64,000 nucleotides of DNA from Heteronotia binoei (Eukaryota), in NCBI RefSeq assembly GCF_032191835.1, contig NC_083223.1, forward strand, positions 221,712,001 through 221,776,000, in the 5' to 3' direction. Below the pieces are notes generated by a model. The model searched no databases. It had not been told where the DNA came from and saw only the letters and a list, made by a program, of their open reading frames with translations. This document shows, piece by piece, positions 43,801-57,659 of this stretch. Position numbers and translations under genes: made by a program. How positions within the stretch are numbered: position 1 is the first letter of the stretch; every line of letters starts with the position of its first letter.

Positions 43801-46800
43801 CCAAGTGTTAAGGTAACTACTTTGGGACAGGAATTGAGTAATAGGCGATCACTATGCTGCATCAACATTTGTTACTCACAGCAAAGCAATACTATGGGAG
43901 CAATCCTAAGCAGGTCTAGTCAAAACAAAGTTCCACATTATTCAGTGGGGCTTATTCCCAGGATAGTGGGGAGGCTGCATGGCTCAAGGCAGCATATATG
44001 CTTTGCATGCAGAAGGTCCCAGGTTCAGTCACCAGGTTCTCCAGTGAAATAATCTTTCTGTACATTATTAGAATGACCTCTGTCTGAGATCCCGGAGAGC
44101 TGTTGCTGGCCTGAGTAGATAATACAGACTGTGATGGACCAATGGTTTAGTTCAGTATTAGGCAGCCGCATGTGCATCCTTAAGACTGCAGCCTATGGGT
44201 TGCAGTCATGCCTATGAAATGCTGCCTCATATCCTGTTTGGATAAGCTCATCAATATTTTTATAATGAGATAGGAACAAGTTTCCACATAACTAACTCTG
44301 CACCTTGAGGCAAGGAACAGCCATGACTGAGCATGCCTCCCTTTCCTCCCAGATCTCACTGTATGACTCAGATTTTCTAAGGCATCTTGAAGAAGTAGAT
44401 GCACCTTAACAACTCAGATTATTCCCCCTTCCTATAGGTCTGCATGTGCTTTAGAGATATACAGATATTGTTGGGAGTAGAATCATCAAAGCGATTGTAA
44501 ACATGAAGGCAGCTTTGACTTTTGAAAGCTTATATCCTAGAAAAACTTTGTCTTTATGATGCTACTGGACTTGAACCTTGCTCTACCCAGCTCTTCACAC
44601 AGGAAGACTAATGGGGTTCCAAGCTCTTAAGATTCCGCTTGCTGTACAGCACGGGCGGGGGGGGGGGAGAATCTGACAGACAGGAGAAGAGAGAAAGCTT
44701 GGACCATTATATGCGGGGGGCGGGGAAGAGAATGGAGCTCTTTTAATATTGTTGGTTACTCTCCTCCGACTTGTATCCTTCTAATCATGCATAAGCGTTG
44801 ATGCCTGGACAGGAAGGTGCAAAGCTCAGTGAGAGATCATCTGCTTGGCATCCAGAAAGTCCCAGGTTCAATCCTCAGTATCTCTAGTTAAAATGACCAG
44901 GCATCTGGTGATGGGAAAGACCTCTGCCTGAGAGCCATTGCCTTGATTGACCAATGGTCTGATTCAGAATAAAGCAACTTCATGGTGTGCTCAGTTGCAA
45001 GGTTTGAGCAGGGTTGCTCTACCCTTTTAGTTAAAAATAGATGGGAAAGTGTGCAAAGGATATTCTAGTATATTGCCCAGTAAGGATCCCATTGTATTAT
45101 TTAATACAATAAAAACAGCACAGTCCTAAAAAAGGTTACACCCTTTATGCCAGTTAATTTCAGTGGGCTTAGTAGAGTATAACTGTACTGCATTTAAAAC
45201 ACACAGACTTACTTAAGGCAAGACAGCAGGATGTCTGTATCGTCATATTATCTCTCGCCTGACCAACAAGATGGTTAAATTGTGGTGCTTATTAATTTAG
45301 TCCAAATAAAGCCAGAACTTCAGTCTAGTTTGACAAAACTTTGGATCATAGGGTGTTTTCACATGGCTACTGTTTGCAAATGGATTCTTGCTATTCTTAC
45401 ACAGTAAAAATCCAGTTGCAAAACATGTTATTTAGTGTGTGTAAACACACCCATAGTCTATGCATACATGCCCATTTGTATATGTAGTAGCAATGTGTGG
45501 CTGCCCCCCTCTGTGAACACCTAAATCTGCAAATTGGGGCCACACAGATACTAAACATAGTTTTGCAAACTTGGAGGCCACCGTCCCAAGTTTACAGAAA
45601 AATCTAAAATCTTTTTTTTTTTTTAAATCCAATGTGGGGGTTAATTTCCTCCTAAATCAAGCTACCTCCAACATATTCTGGTCTGGTGGTAGCATTGTTA
45701 AAACATGCCCAGGAGCTGTGGGGGCCCAAGTGATGGCTGTGGGAATAGGGGGAGCTGTGGTAGGCCTGGCAGTGGCTGGGAACAACAGCACAGTGTGAAG
45801 CTAAGAGAGGAAGAGGGATTTTTCCTCCATGTGAGTCTCAGGCCCACACTTCCTATCTCCTCTTGATGCTGTTGCCACTGTTGAGGGGAAAAGACACCTT
45901 CAGGGGCCAGGAGCCACTCAGAGTTTGCTGGCATCGTAATTGGGCGGGAGAGAAACGTCGGCAGACCTGGTGACTGGGAGCCACACAAGAATTGCTGCTG
46001 CTGCTAACAGTGTGTGTGTGGGAGGGAACAGTCTGGGTAAGCCTAGCAGCAAGAAGCCACAAGGGGCTTGCTGCCATTGATGGAGGGGAAGCCCCAGCTG
46101 GCTTGGTAGCCTGGAGCTATGCAGTCACCTCCGCTGACTGCAGAGGGAGTGCTAGTGGGCCCAGTGGCTGGGAGATGTGCAGGGCTTGCCAGCCTGGTCA
46201 TTAATGGAAGTGGAGGAGAAGCCTCAGTGGGCCCAGCCATGGGGAGCTGTGCTTGCTGGTGTGTGTGTGGGGGGGGGGAGGGGAGAAGCTGGGCCAAGTA
46301 GCAGCAATTGGGGGGACGAACAGAACTAAGATGTGTAATGAATCTCCCCACAATTATCATGGGTCCCCACTTGTTTTATCCTAAAGGGCTGAAATAGCAA
46401 ATACTTTCTGCTGCTAAAGAAAAGATAGGCCAGATGAAAGAAATGCTAATCCTTCTGTTTTACAGTTCAAGGACTCCTCTCCCCCATCACTTATCTATCC
46501 ATTCTGACAAAGTAACTATGGAGCTCAGAGAGCCTGAACCAGTTTCTTTATTCAGGGACCTTGGCAAGACAGACTGTTTACACTGCCCAGGAGTGAATTA
46601 ATTCTGCTTGAGCCACTGTTTTCCTTTGGCTACTCAGCCATTCCTAGAGCACTGGAATGTGGTTCCGCACCAAGATCAAATAATACTCAAAAGCATAACA
46701 ACACGAAGGAGTCCTTTCTAAAGAAGTAAACAAATATTTGGGTGGCTTCAAAACATGTTGCACTTGGAAATATGGAAAATGCATTTGAATGTTCTAGGTC

Positions 46801-48229
46801 AGACACAGTTCAGAGTATGCAAGGTGAAGCGTTCACACTCTCACAGTCTAGAAGCAATAGTCTGGCCAGGTTGCCAACTCTGGGTTGTGAAATTCTTGGA
46901 GGTTTTGGAGGGTAGAGCCTGGGGAGGGAGGGCTTTAGGGATGGAAAGGAACTCAGTGGGTAACAATGCCATAAAGTCCACTCTCAAGAGCAGCTATTTC
47001 TCCAGGGGAATTGATCTCTACCATCTGGAGAGCAGCTGTAATTCTGGGAGATCTCCAAGCCCACCTGCAGGTTGGCAAACATACTGTTAGTCCATGTTCC
47101 CACAGTAAGGCATATGTTTTGCAGGAGAGTAGAGGAATTGGGGAATATATGGGAGGGGAGGGATCTTGCTAGTTAGCAGCAGCTGTATATCATTTCCCTG
47201 AGTGTGTTCTCCTCTTTGCCTTTTCTCTCTGCTGCAGGTTTATAAGGCCAGGGCATGCCCAGAGGTGTAAGCCAAAAGATATTTAGTCAGAGGGTCATAC
47301 CTAGATCAGCCAGTGGAGAGAGGGGGAAGCCTTCCCTCTTTGCCCTTGCTTTTTTTCTCTCTGTGTGGTGTTAGCCACTTTAGGTCTCCCATTCCCCTGC
47401 GGATAGAAGAGGAATATAAATAAGCTGAATAAATAGTCTCCAGTTCAGTCCCTGCCAACACCATAGGGTTGCCAGGTCTGCCAGTGTTGGAACTGTCCTT
47501 GCATGTGTGAAGTACGCCTGGTGCGATAATGTCACCCAGAAGTGACATAATTGCGCTGGGCATGTTGCATGGGGACACTAGCATTTTGGTAAAAAAACTC
47601 TGTGGTGCCATAGTTTTTTACCAAAATGCTAGAGCATTGTGCCTGGCATGATTACATCACTTCTGGGTGATGTCATCATGCTGGGCACATTAGGCACCAA
47701 CAGACCTCTTTGGTGGTGGGGCTCCCCCCCCTAGCCAATCCTGTGCCAGCAGGCTGGAAACCCCAAAACTGGGGGGAACCCCACCCCCAGTGGGAGGCTG
47801 GGAATCCTACATCATCAGTTAAAATAATCTCAGCTAACAAGTGTTGGGAAAGACCCTTCTGCCAGAGAGCCATTGCCCATCTAAATAAATAAGTACTGAC
47901 CTAGGTAGACCCATGGCCAGTGCAAGACAGCTTGATGTGTTTCTCCTGGTCACTGTAGAACATTCTGTGATTCAGAACAGCATGGCTTGGAAAGGATTCC
48001 TTCAGCATACTTCATCTGCCATAAAGTAGGCGGCTTCCACTCACCCCAGCATCACATTTCTATGCAGGCATCATATTTTAAAACTGAACCATGCTCTCTC
48101 CTTGTGGCACTGGTACATTATCTTATTTGCATACTGAAGGTCCCAGATTCAATGCCCAATACCTCAAGTTAAAAGGACTGGGTAGTAGGAGATGTGAAAA
48201 AACCCTGCCCAATACATTATTGGTCTCTT

Positions 48230-48448
48230 TAAGTATCTGAAGGGCTGTCACCTAAAGGGGGGCAGGCAACTGTTCCTGTTGGCAGCAGAGGAGAGGACTT
48301 GCAATGATGGGTTTAGATTAAGGGCGGGAAGGTGGTGGATTATTAGGAAAAACTTTTTTACAATAAGAGTTGTTCAACAGTGGAATCAGCTAACGAGGGA
48401 GGTGGTGAGCTCCCCCTCACTTTAAGCAGTGGCTGGACAAACACTTGA
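48230..48448 (+). mobile_element. Older CR1 3' fragment
   Basis: Degenerate GAAGGGCTGTCAC...ATTAGGAAAAACTTT...CAGTGGAATCAGCT...GAGGTGGTG. Confidence 0.65.
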
Positions 48449-48449
48449 T

Positions 48450-49098
48450 TCTCATGTTGAATGCTTTCTAGTATGGGTAGAACCTGAAGCTAAAGTACAT
48501 CCTGGTAATTTCCATGTCTAATCAAGAGGCTCTCAAATACAAGTTTATGCATTCATGAAGAGCAATTGGTTATTTTCCTGGACTGCCGAACACCCCACCC
48601 TGACCCAGGCTGTGTATTTGTAGGAACCTGCTCTAGAGTTACAATTGCCATCCATTCCTCCAGAGGAACTGATCTCTGTAGTCTGGAAATGAGCTGTAAT
48701 TCTGGGGGATCCCCAAGTCCTACCTGTAGACTGCCATCCCTAACTAGAACTATGCTCTGCTTGCCAGAGTCTGAGATCCAGTTTGTACAACTGGCACAAA
48801 CAAGCAAGGAAGTTTTTTTTTTTCTGGAGAGGCTGCACACATGAGCAAGCCCACTGGAAAAAAGAAACACCCTGTACTTAGAAAATTAGCATGCTAGGAA
48901 GAAGAGTTCATTCCAGACTTCTCTGACACGCTGGAGGTTTTACAGCAAAGCATGACGTTCAGCAGTCCAGGAAAATAACCAATTGCTCTTCATGCGTGCA
49001 TAAACTGCTATTTGTGAGCCTCTTGATTAGACATGGAAATTACCAGGATGTTCTTTAGCTTCAGGTTCTAACCCATACTAGAAAGCATTCAATCATGA
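48450..49098. repeat. Foldback element with about 140-bp inverted arms
   Basis: 48450-48590 is the reverse complement of 48957-49098, with about ten differences by eye. Confidence 0.85.
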
Positions 49099-50579
49099 AG
49101 AGCCCCCCCCCCCCCCCCCCCAAGAAGAGAACCTCCCAAGCAGAGCTTCGAGAGGAACTATAGTTTCCACACAGTGTCTTGTGGTAGGGGTGGGGCCTGA
49201 ACTCTGGTCCTCAAGACCAAAATTAAACCTTAATTCAGCCGCACTAGCACTTGAGCTCTGCAATGACTGCTAATGCACATTAGTCCTATCTTTAAAGCTA
49301 CCACTTCTCTTTGCATTCTCTGTGGCTGATACAGCCATGGTAGTGTCCATGAGAAGCCTCTCCATGTCTCAGTAACCCTGCTGGACTGAGAGGCCAAGTT
49401 TTATATTTCAAAGAACATCAGCAAGTTTAAGCAAGGAGCAGTCATAAATGGAGGTATTCTTTTAAAAAGAAGCAGAAGAATGTCATTTTGTTAACATGAC
49501 TGGCTGGTGTTTTTCATTCTACGGATACATCAGGCAGGGCTTTGAGCATCACCAGGCTCCAGCTTGCCAGGTTATCTCTATACTTCGCTTGAACTGGAAC
49601 AGCACAAAGGGACCTTTAGGAGCAGGAAGGTTTTCTGTCCTCAGGAGAGGAGCAAGTCAGCTGCTCTCTCTTCTGCTTTGTCTTGCAAAGCCCCACCCTG
49701 ACATGCTCGAACAAAGCTATCAGAAGAATCCGAGTTCCATTTAATCCAATCCTGCAAGCTGACAGAGCGATGGTCTCTGCTATATATAGACCTTCGCTGC
49801 CTGATCTACCTTGCATGCTCCTAAGAGGGGCTGCAGCAGAATGCAATAGTAAAGATAAGTGCAGCACGAACCTTTGTTCTTCAGCTCTCTGAGAGTGGAA
49901 CACCCCACACTGACCCAGAGCAACTTACACTATGAAGATGGAGCAGCTGGCTTTCCATGGTATCCTTCTCAGACCAAGTGATGCTGTACTGCAAGACGGT
50001 GTGTGTCAGCTGCACATAGAGCTCATCTAAGCTGTGTCTCCCCACTGGAGGCTGAGTTACAATGCAGATTGGTGACCCACCCACTGCAGCAGCAGATGCA
50101 GCCAGACTACTGAGAAACAGCAAATGCTCTCCTGCAAGCACAGACATGCATCAGCAGAAGCCACTGGTCTCTAGGAAGGCGAAGGGTCCACAAGCCAGAA
50201 ATCGTCCCTCCTGCAGCAGATCAAGCTCTGCTTTTCCAGAAGCCCAACCCTGAGCATCCGTAGAAGGGGTGTGCAACCTAGGGCTCTAGAGCCAAATGTG
50301 GCTCAGTATGGAACCAAATAGTACCTTAAAAAGTTAAATAGTTTATTTAAGGGGTTGATTTTTAAAATATTTATAGCATGCTTTTAGTCTGAAAATTGTT
50401 AAATTCATTTAAAGCTGTTCAGCTTTTAAAATTCTCTGACTGGGTTTTAATTTAAAACATTTAATCTTCATGTTTTATAATGTTATTTTGTAAGTCACCC
50501 TGGCAGGCTCCTCAGGGAGCTGGGATAAACCCCCCCTTAAATAAATAATAAAGTCTTTAAGTTAAGGCATTTTAAATTT

Positions 50580-52085
50580 ATTGTATTTATTTATTTGATT
50601 CGATTTGTATCCCGCCCTCCCCACCGAAGCAGGCTCAGGGTGGCTCACAGCATAAAACCTCACAGAATTAAAACAATACATATTATAAAATAGTACATTC
50701 TATAAAATTATATATTTAGAGATTAAAACAACAAATCATTTAGTACTCATATTTAGATATTATCTTGTTAGATTTTACAGTGTGACGATATTCAGTCTAT
50801 GATGTAGGCTCCGTATCAATTAAAGGCCAGTTGGAAGAGGATAGTTTTGCAGGTCCTGCGGAACTGACCAAGATTCCACAAGGCCCGCATTTCCTCTGGG
50901 AGTAGGTTCCACCAATGGGGGGCAGCAATCGAAAAGGCCCTTTCCCTGGTGACCTTCAGTTTGGCCTTCTTCGGCCCGGGGATTACCAGTAGATTTTGTG
51001 AACCGGATCGAAGCACCCTCTGAGGAGTATATGGGAAGAGACGGTCCCTAAGGTAGGCAGGTCCTCGGCCATATAGGGCTTTAAAGGTAATAACCAGCAC
51101 CTTGTAATGAATATGGTACACTACTGGCAGCCAGTGCAGTTCCCGCAGCCCCGGCTGTATGTGCTCCCAACTTAGGGAGCCCCAATAACAACCTGGCTGC
51201 TGTGTTCTGCACCAGCTGCAGTTTCCTGGTTCGGCACAGGGGCAGTCCCATGTAGAGGGCATTACAGTAATCCAACCTCAAGGTGACCGTTGCATGGATC
51301 ACTGTTGCCAGGCCATCATGCTCCAGGAAGGGGGCCAACTGACTCACCTGCCTAAGATGAAGAAAAGTGGATTTAGCAGTGACTGCTATCTGGGCCTCCA
51401 TTGTTAAGCCAGGCTCCAGCAGCACCCCCAAGCTTTTGACCTTGTGCGCCATTTTCAGTGGCGCACCGTCAATTACTGCGAGTGGGATTTCCCTACCCAG
51501 ACCGCCCTGACTCAGGCAAAGGACCTCTGTCTTTGCTGGATTTTGCTTCATCTTACTCAGCCTGAGCCATCTCATCGCAGCCTGCAATGCCAAATCCAGA
51601 TTTTCTGGGACACAGTCAGGCTGGCCATCCATCAGTAGATAGAGCTGGGTGTCATCAGCATATTGGTGACAACCCAACCCATACCTCCGGGCAATCTGGG
51701 CAAGGGGGCACATATAGATGTTAAACAACATCGGGGAGAGCACTGCCCCCTGTGGCACCCCACAATTAAGTGGGTGCCTCCGGGACAGTTCTCTCCTAAT
51801 CGCCACCCTTTGTCCCTGACTATCAAGGAAAGAGGAAAGCCATTGCAAGGCCAACCCCTGAATCCCCACGTCGGCGAGGTGGCGGGTCAGTAGCCGATGG
51901 TCGACCGTATCGAACGCAGCCGATAACCTAACAGCATCAGCACCGCAGAGCCACCTCGATCCAGATGCCGCTGAAGGTCATCCACCAGGGCGACCGGCAC
52001 TGTCTCTGTCCTGTAACCTGGGTGGAAGCCAGATTGGTGGGTGTCTAAAATGAAAGCGTCATCCAGAAAACTCGGTAACTGTAAT
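50580..52085 (-). mobile_element. L2-clade LINE, 5'-truncated and frameshifted
   Basis: QSGFHPGYRTET, GVPQGAVLSPMLFNIYM, QYADDTQLY, RLDYCNALY, LHWLPV and RAFSIAAPHWWN motifs; (AAAT)n tail. Confidence 0.88.
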
Positions 52086-52719
52086 GCTACTGCCCTCTAA
52101 ATAGATAGGCGGGATGCTAGAATAACCCATATGTGAAGAGAACAGCAGAAAAATAGTTTTATAGGACAAAAGAGCTTCTTAGATGAGTTTTACAGAAACG
52201 GACATAGTAGAGGTGAACAGTTGTGCTAATAAGGTACAAATAGATTTATGTTAGGGCATTAAAACAATTGTGCAGAATGCTTCTGTGTATATTTATCACA
52301 TATTGCAAGAGAGATCTCACAGGTGCTACTTTCTGATCTGGGACTCACAGCAATCAGTGTTCATGCTGCAGAAACTTTAAGGAATGTTAATTAACATGCC
52401 AATTATTAGTAACAGTTAGCTGTATATTTTCAGTTACAAGAATGGACTTTCATATACCAGTCCTTTGTTGATTTCTTGCTCTGGCTGTTGACATAGTTAG
52501 GTTCTAATTGTAAAAGGCCACATACCTCCAGTTCTTAGCCTTTGCTCTAGCAAACCAATTGGCCTTCTACAAGTCGCACTTTAACCAAGCATAGTTCATT
52601 TGTTAAGAGATTCAGCACAGTCCATTTGTTAAGAGATTCAGAGCACAATCCAAAGGGGGGGGGGAACGGAAAGTCTTTTGGGAGCAGACGATCTGCTACG
52701 TGGGCACAGGAAGCATTTG

Positions 52720-53200
52720 TGCCCATGTACGGCCAGCGCTGCCACAGCAGAGGGGAGTTACGCATGCGTGGGGCTGCCAGAGTGCCGCTCCGCCGAAGAG
52801 CAGTGGTGCCTGAGGGCTGTGCCCAAGCGTTGGTGGAAGCGAGGAAGAGCGTGGCGCTCAGGCGCAGGAGGGGGTGGACTTGGGGCTGTGGCCAGGCTTA
52901 GTTTGGGCCATGACACGCCCCCCCCCCCAAGAGGCACGACATTACGTCTGCAAAAACAGTGGCCTGTCCCATAGGCACTCATTGAAACCAAGAACAAAGG
53001 TCGGCTCCACCGCTGCAGAAGCTCGCAAACCCCTAAGGGAGCGGTGTGATTGCCTCACCAATCCACTTGCACCTCAGGCTGACGAGCCCCCTCCCCAGTA
53101 CCCAATCGCAGTCCCCCACCTCCTAGAAATACTTCCGCTCTGGCCTCGCACAACTCAGTTGTTAGGGACAGCTTTGCACGGCAGGAAGTTCTGTCGGTGA
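52720..53200. promoter_or_regulatory. CpG-rich promoter of an unidentified gene
   Basis: NRF1-like palindrome ACGCATGCGT (52759-52768), two CCAAT boxes, ACTTCCG motif, followed by plus-strand donor TCG|GTGAGC at 53196. Confidence 0.6.
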
Positions 53201-53345
53201 GCTCCCTGCCATACGGACTTAGAGCGAGGGACAGGAAGGCACGTTGGTGATGGGTTTTGCACTGCGCAGTTGCTTTGACAGTATCTTTGACTTGTGAGGG
53301 GGAAAGCAAGGTCTCTCCCCTGGGACTAACTGCTCTTGTTTCCAG

Positions 53346-53405
53346 GTCTCCACAGGTTCCGGGCTCCCGGAGGCTCTGCACGCGAGGACTGTCACCCATG
53401 GCTGG
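53346..53405 (+). other. Probable 5' exon of an unidentified plus-strand gene, containing ATG GCT GG
   Basis: Consensus branch point ACTAAC (53325-53330), TGCTCTTGTTTCCAG acceptor, TGG|GTAAGT donor, cccATGG at 53398. Confidence 0.55.
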
Positions 53406-55135
53406 GTAAGTTGCACTGTGCCCCCCCCCCCACTGTCCTCCCCCTCCCCTCTACCACTCGGTGTGCAAGTGTCTCTGGCACTTGAACCCGGCAGTGGGCT
53501 CCAACAGGGGACATTTGCTGACCCTGCTACCCTGTGCTGCTGCCTGCTCCCGTCCCTTGGTTTGCCCTCTGCCGCTTTCCCAATCCCTGGCAGGGCACGG
53601 GTGTGTGTGTGTGTGGCAGCTGCCCCGATGTGGGGAGGTGGGTCAGAGACTGTCCCTTTAAGAGAACAGCCAGCTGAAATGCAGCCTGCTCCTCCAGTTA
53701 CTGCCCCTGCAGGTGCTCTTGATCTCTGTCTCCATTTTGCAGGCGGGAATCCAACACAGAGGCTTCCGTGTGTGTTGCTCCACCCCCCCCCCCTTCCACT
53801 CCCTCAGCTGTTTTTGCCTGCCGCTCTGAATGGAGCCCTGCCCAAGGTGAGACTGCCCAGTGCGCACCAGGGAAACTGTTGCATTCTGTTCTGGAAAAAT
53901 AAAGTCTGAGCTGTACCCTCTGTTGTCTCTCCTGCTTGGCATCTGCTGCATGTTCCCTGGGCAACCCCCCCCCCCCCACACTCTCTCCGTGTGGCCTCTC
54001 CGAGGGAATGCCTGGGAGGGTGGGCAGACTTGAGTCCTGGTGGGGAGAGCGGGCTATGAGCCGCCACACTGCCCCCACGTGGCTGGACAGGGGAGGGGGG
54101 GGGTGCTGCCCCTCAGCCTGCCCGGCCTGATGGCCTACCTGACCCCACAGGGCTGTTGTGCGCAGGCCACAAAGGGGGGGGGGCTGATGAAGTGCATGCA
54201 TGCCCAGAGGCTCACATTCTGAGTTCTGCGGCCGTCAAGGGAGGTGTTCCTTGCACATAGTGGGGGGTGGCGGCAGGGCAACATGTGAGGGGGGGCTCCG
54301 GGTGGTGGTGGGTGTCTTTTGGACTTGGTGGTCTGCCCACTCCCAGACACACATTCCAGCCACTGTTTACAGCAGCGAACTCCTGCACTTTGTGGTTCTT
54401 GTTTGTCTGTGCATGCCTCTGCCCGTCTGTCTGCCATTGGCAGAGTCTCTGACAGCAGGAGGGTGTGTGGGGATTGATGGCCTCTCAGGTGCGGGCTTTC
54501 CACCCCCTCTCCTGGTCACATGGAACGGGCTGGCCAATCCTGTGGTCCCGCGTGAGCCTGTGCCTCCCCCACCCCCACCTCGGCAGCGGGCCAATGGCGT
54601 GGCATGGGCGGAATCACCATGGCGACGGGTTCTCTCTCATTCATCCAGCTTGTGCTCCCCCTCCACGTATGGCATAACGTTTCCCCTTTGGGAGCCAACG
54701 GTGGCCGCCTATACTAGTTCTGCACTCGAATGCAGCTACACGGCAGTTCTCTGGATTGGGCTGCCCGCCTTGTAATGCGTGAGCAGAGCAAGAGGCAGCC
54801 CTTCAGATGGCCCACCGCTATCTGCATAGAACTGTTAACAGCTTTTTTCTTTAGCAATATCAAAGCCTGAGCTTAGCCCAGTTGTCTCCAACCTTGTTTG
54901 CCCTGTGACCATTTTGGAATGCTGAGAAAATGTAGCGGGCACCACCATCAAGATTTGGATTAAGGTTTCTGGTAGCCAGGAAGTGATATGTCACATGAAC
55001 ACACACGAAGCTGCCTTATACTGAATCAAACCATCAAAGCCAGTACTGTCTACTCATGCAGCAGCTCTCCAGGCTCCCGAGCAGAGGTCTTTCACATCAC
55101 CTACTGCCTGGTCCTTTCAGCTAGAGATTCTGGAG

Positions 55136-55554
55136 CAGGGGTGGCCAAACTTGCTTAATGTAAGAGCCACATAGAATAAACATCAGATGTTTGAAAGCCG
55201 CTGGACATGAATGTCNNNNNNNNNNNNNNNNNNNNNNNNNNNNNNNNNNNNNNNNNNNNNNNNNNNNNNNNNNNNNNNNNNNNNNNNNNNNNNNNNNNNN
55301 NNNNNNNNNNNNNNNNNNNNNNNNNNNNNNNNNNNNNNNNNNNNNNNNNNNNNNNNNNNNNNNNNNNNNNNNNNNNNNNNNNNNGGAGGTAGAAATAAAG
55401 CAACTTTAACTTTAAATGCTTGGCTAAGAGAAGTGATTTAAAGAGACAAATGCCTTCTCCAAACTGGCTGACAGGACGCTGGAGACTTCAAGAGCCACAC
55501 AATATATTTGAAAAAGCCACATGTGGCTCCCAAGCCACAGTTTGGCTACCCCCA
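55136..55554. mobile_element. hAT MITE (spans the gap) nested in a tRNA SINE (about 55005-55135 and 55555-55620)
   Basis: CAGGGGTGGCCAAAC / GTTTGGCTACCCC termini; TTCTGGAG / TTCTGGGG flanks; the SINE continues across it. Confidence 0.75.
55216..55384. other. Assembly gap (N run)
   Basis: Run of N. Confidence 1.
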
Positions 55555-57136
55555 TTCTGGGGGTTGAACCTGTAGCCTTTTCCATGAGATGCAGATGTTC
55601 TACCACTGAGCTATAGCCCCTTAATCCTATTTCCATGCACACCTTGATCTTCAAATAAGACCTTGCTGTGCATGCCTTGGACTACTGAATAAACTTTGAG
55701 TCCAGTACCACTTTAAAGACCAACAGAATCCCAGGGAATAAGCTTTCGTGAGTAAAATAAGCACAGGACAAGCATTTGGACTACTGAGTTTAGGAAAGTA
55801 GCTACAGGAAAAATAACCTTTCGAATGGTCACATTCTCATTCCAGAAGCCAAAGCTTCTTTCTGGAAAGCCTTTCAGATAACCAGCAAAAACGTTTTCTT
55901 TTTCACAGTGTCTTTAGTGGATTACTGGTTGCTGCTTTGTTTCTGGAGTATTCTTTAAGCATCCTTAAATGATTTGATGATGATGAGAGCTTTGGGGGGA
56001 AAGCTTTGGCTCTGGAAGGCAGGACATACCTGCAAAATCACTAACGTATCTCCAACCTGTAAAGCTTCAAGAGACCTTCCCACACCCATCTTTCAGCCTT
56101 GACATTCCTCCCACCTTCATTTTACACAAGCTGTGGCTTCTCTTTTGCTATTTCCCCCTCCAAAATCATGAACCAACCCCCAGCTCGTGCAATGAAGCAT
56201 TTGCTTCTTCTTCTAGTAGCATGCCAGAACACATACCCTCCTCAATTACTACCTTAAACATGTAAACATACCTTACCTTCCTCAGAAGGCCAATAAGTAT
56301 GCACAAACTAATACACGTTTGGCTGTCTTGAGCTAAAAGAGACATTAAACAAGTATAAGGTGGGGCTGGGCTTTGCTCCTTGGGCAGGATAGGCGCCAGC
56401 TGTGCGTACAAGACAGCCTTGTCTCCTACATATATTAAGAGTGGAGAAAACAAGGCTTTTACTCTGCTTCTAGGTAAATATTAACTCAGGTCTACCATTT
56501 CCTAGCTGGCTTGGTTCCAGCCTCACCCAATGGGCTCTGTGGTTGCTAATGCAGTTGGACTCTGTACTGCAATATGCTAAGATACATACATGCACATCAA
56601 AGGGATACAGAATGCTAAAACAGCTGACTCAATGACTGCTATCTGTCAAACTGGAAAGCTGGATTAATAAATATAGAATTAGACAAAACTATATTATGAC
56701 TGCAGAGCTTCTAAAAATTTCAACTGGGCCTTACTATTTTTTGTTCCTGCATCATAGAATACAGTAGAGTCATCAAAGTCTGCTAATCATCCAAGCAGAC
56801 ACCAAAATTTGGGCCTATAAATGAATGAGAAGCTGCACTATCAATCACATCATCTTTCCTTATGGCTATGACAATGGCCAGCAATAATTCAAACCCTACA
56901 GAATTCATTCTACAGTGCTACAGAGGCTTATGGTAGGCACACAGGTCAAGTGGTCAAACATTTATTATTTATTTATTAAAACATTTCCTTGTAGTTCAAG
57001 GCAGCCTACAATATTCACTGCTGCTAAGAATTTTACTGTGTACATTCCAGTTTACCTTTTTAAAATTTGATTAGATTATCATTTGTTAGCATGGGCATGA
57101 GTGAAGTCCACTTTACACCTATCTCTGCCACAATTG

Positions 57137-57167
<31 letters not shown>

Positions 57168-57659
57168 ACAGTGTAGCAAAGATTATCCTACTGACCACTT
57201 GCTACAGGCATCTCCAGGCACAAAGAACTGGCATACTGCTTATTTTGCCCAATTGGCTTTCATGTTTTACTGCTTCTTGTCACTTTGCTTTCTTTGACTT
57301 TGTAACCATAGGCTGATCATGCTGTTTTAAGATAAAAGTCAAAGTGGATCATTCACATTTAAAGAAACCCTACCCAATGTTGCTAACATTAATAATAATT
57401 CATTAACTTACAATACACTGTAATTTAACTGTTTTTGGGGTAATTCATAAATTTTATCTAAATAAGACCATAAACAACAAGCAAGGCAGGCTAAAAAAAA
57501 ACAGATTTACAGGAAGATCACTACACAATGATTCATAGCAGTCTTCAGCTTCTGGCAACAGCCAACACCACCCAAAAAGGGGAGCAGCCTGTGAAAACAT
57601 ACCCTCCAAGATGCATCCCATTTCAGTTAACATAAGAGAAGCTATCCAGTCCCATCCAG

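Noticed and set aside
50131-50278. In-frame TGA flanked by cysteines (SGFC*CMSVL) extending the 49881-50147 ORF, suggesting selenocysteine
   Set aside because: No recognisable selenoprotein fold or SECIS. The TGA lies in what looks like the acceptor region of the candidate exon, and the frame has no start codon upstream.
52575-52620. Short direct repeats (CATTTGTTAAGAGATTCAG twice; also TATTATATCCA-like repeats near 25735)
   Set aside because: Ordinary slippage-type duplications with no sign of function.
53418-54775. Many overlapping 100-190-aa ORFs
   Set aside because: GC-rich, stop-poor sequence with homopolymer runs, probably partly a transposon (ends GGATTGGGCTGC); no protein motifs.
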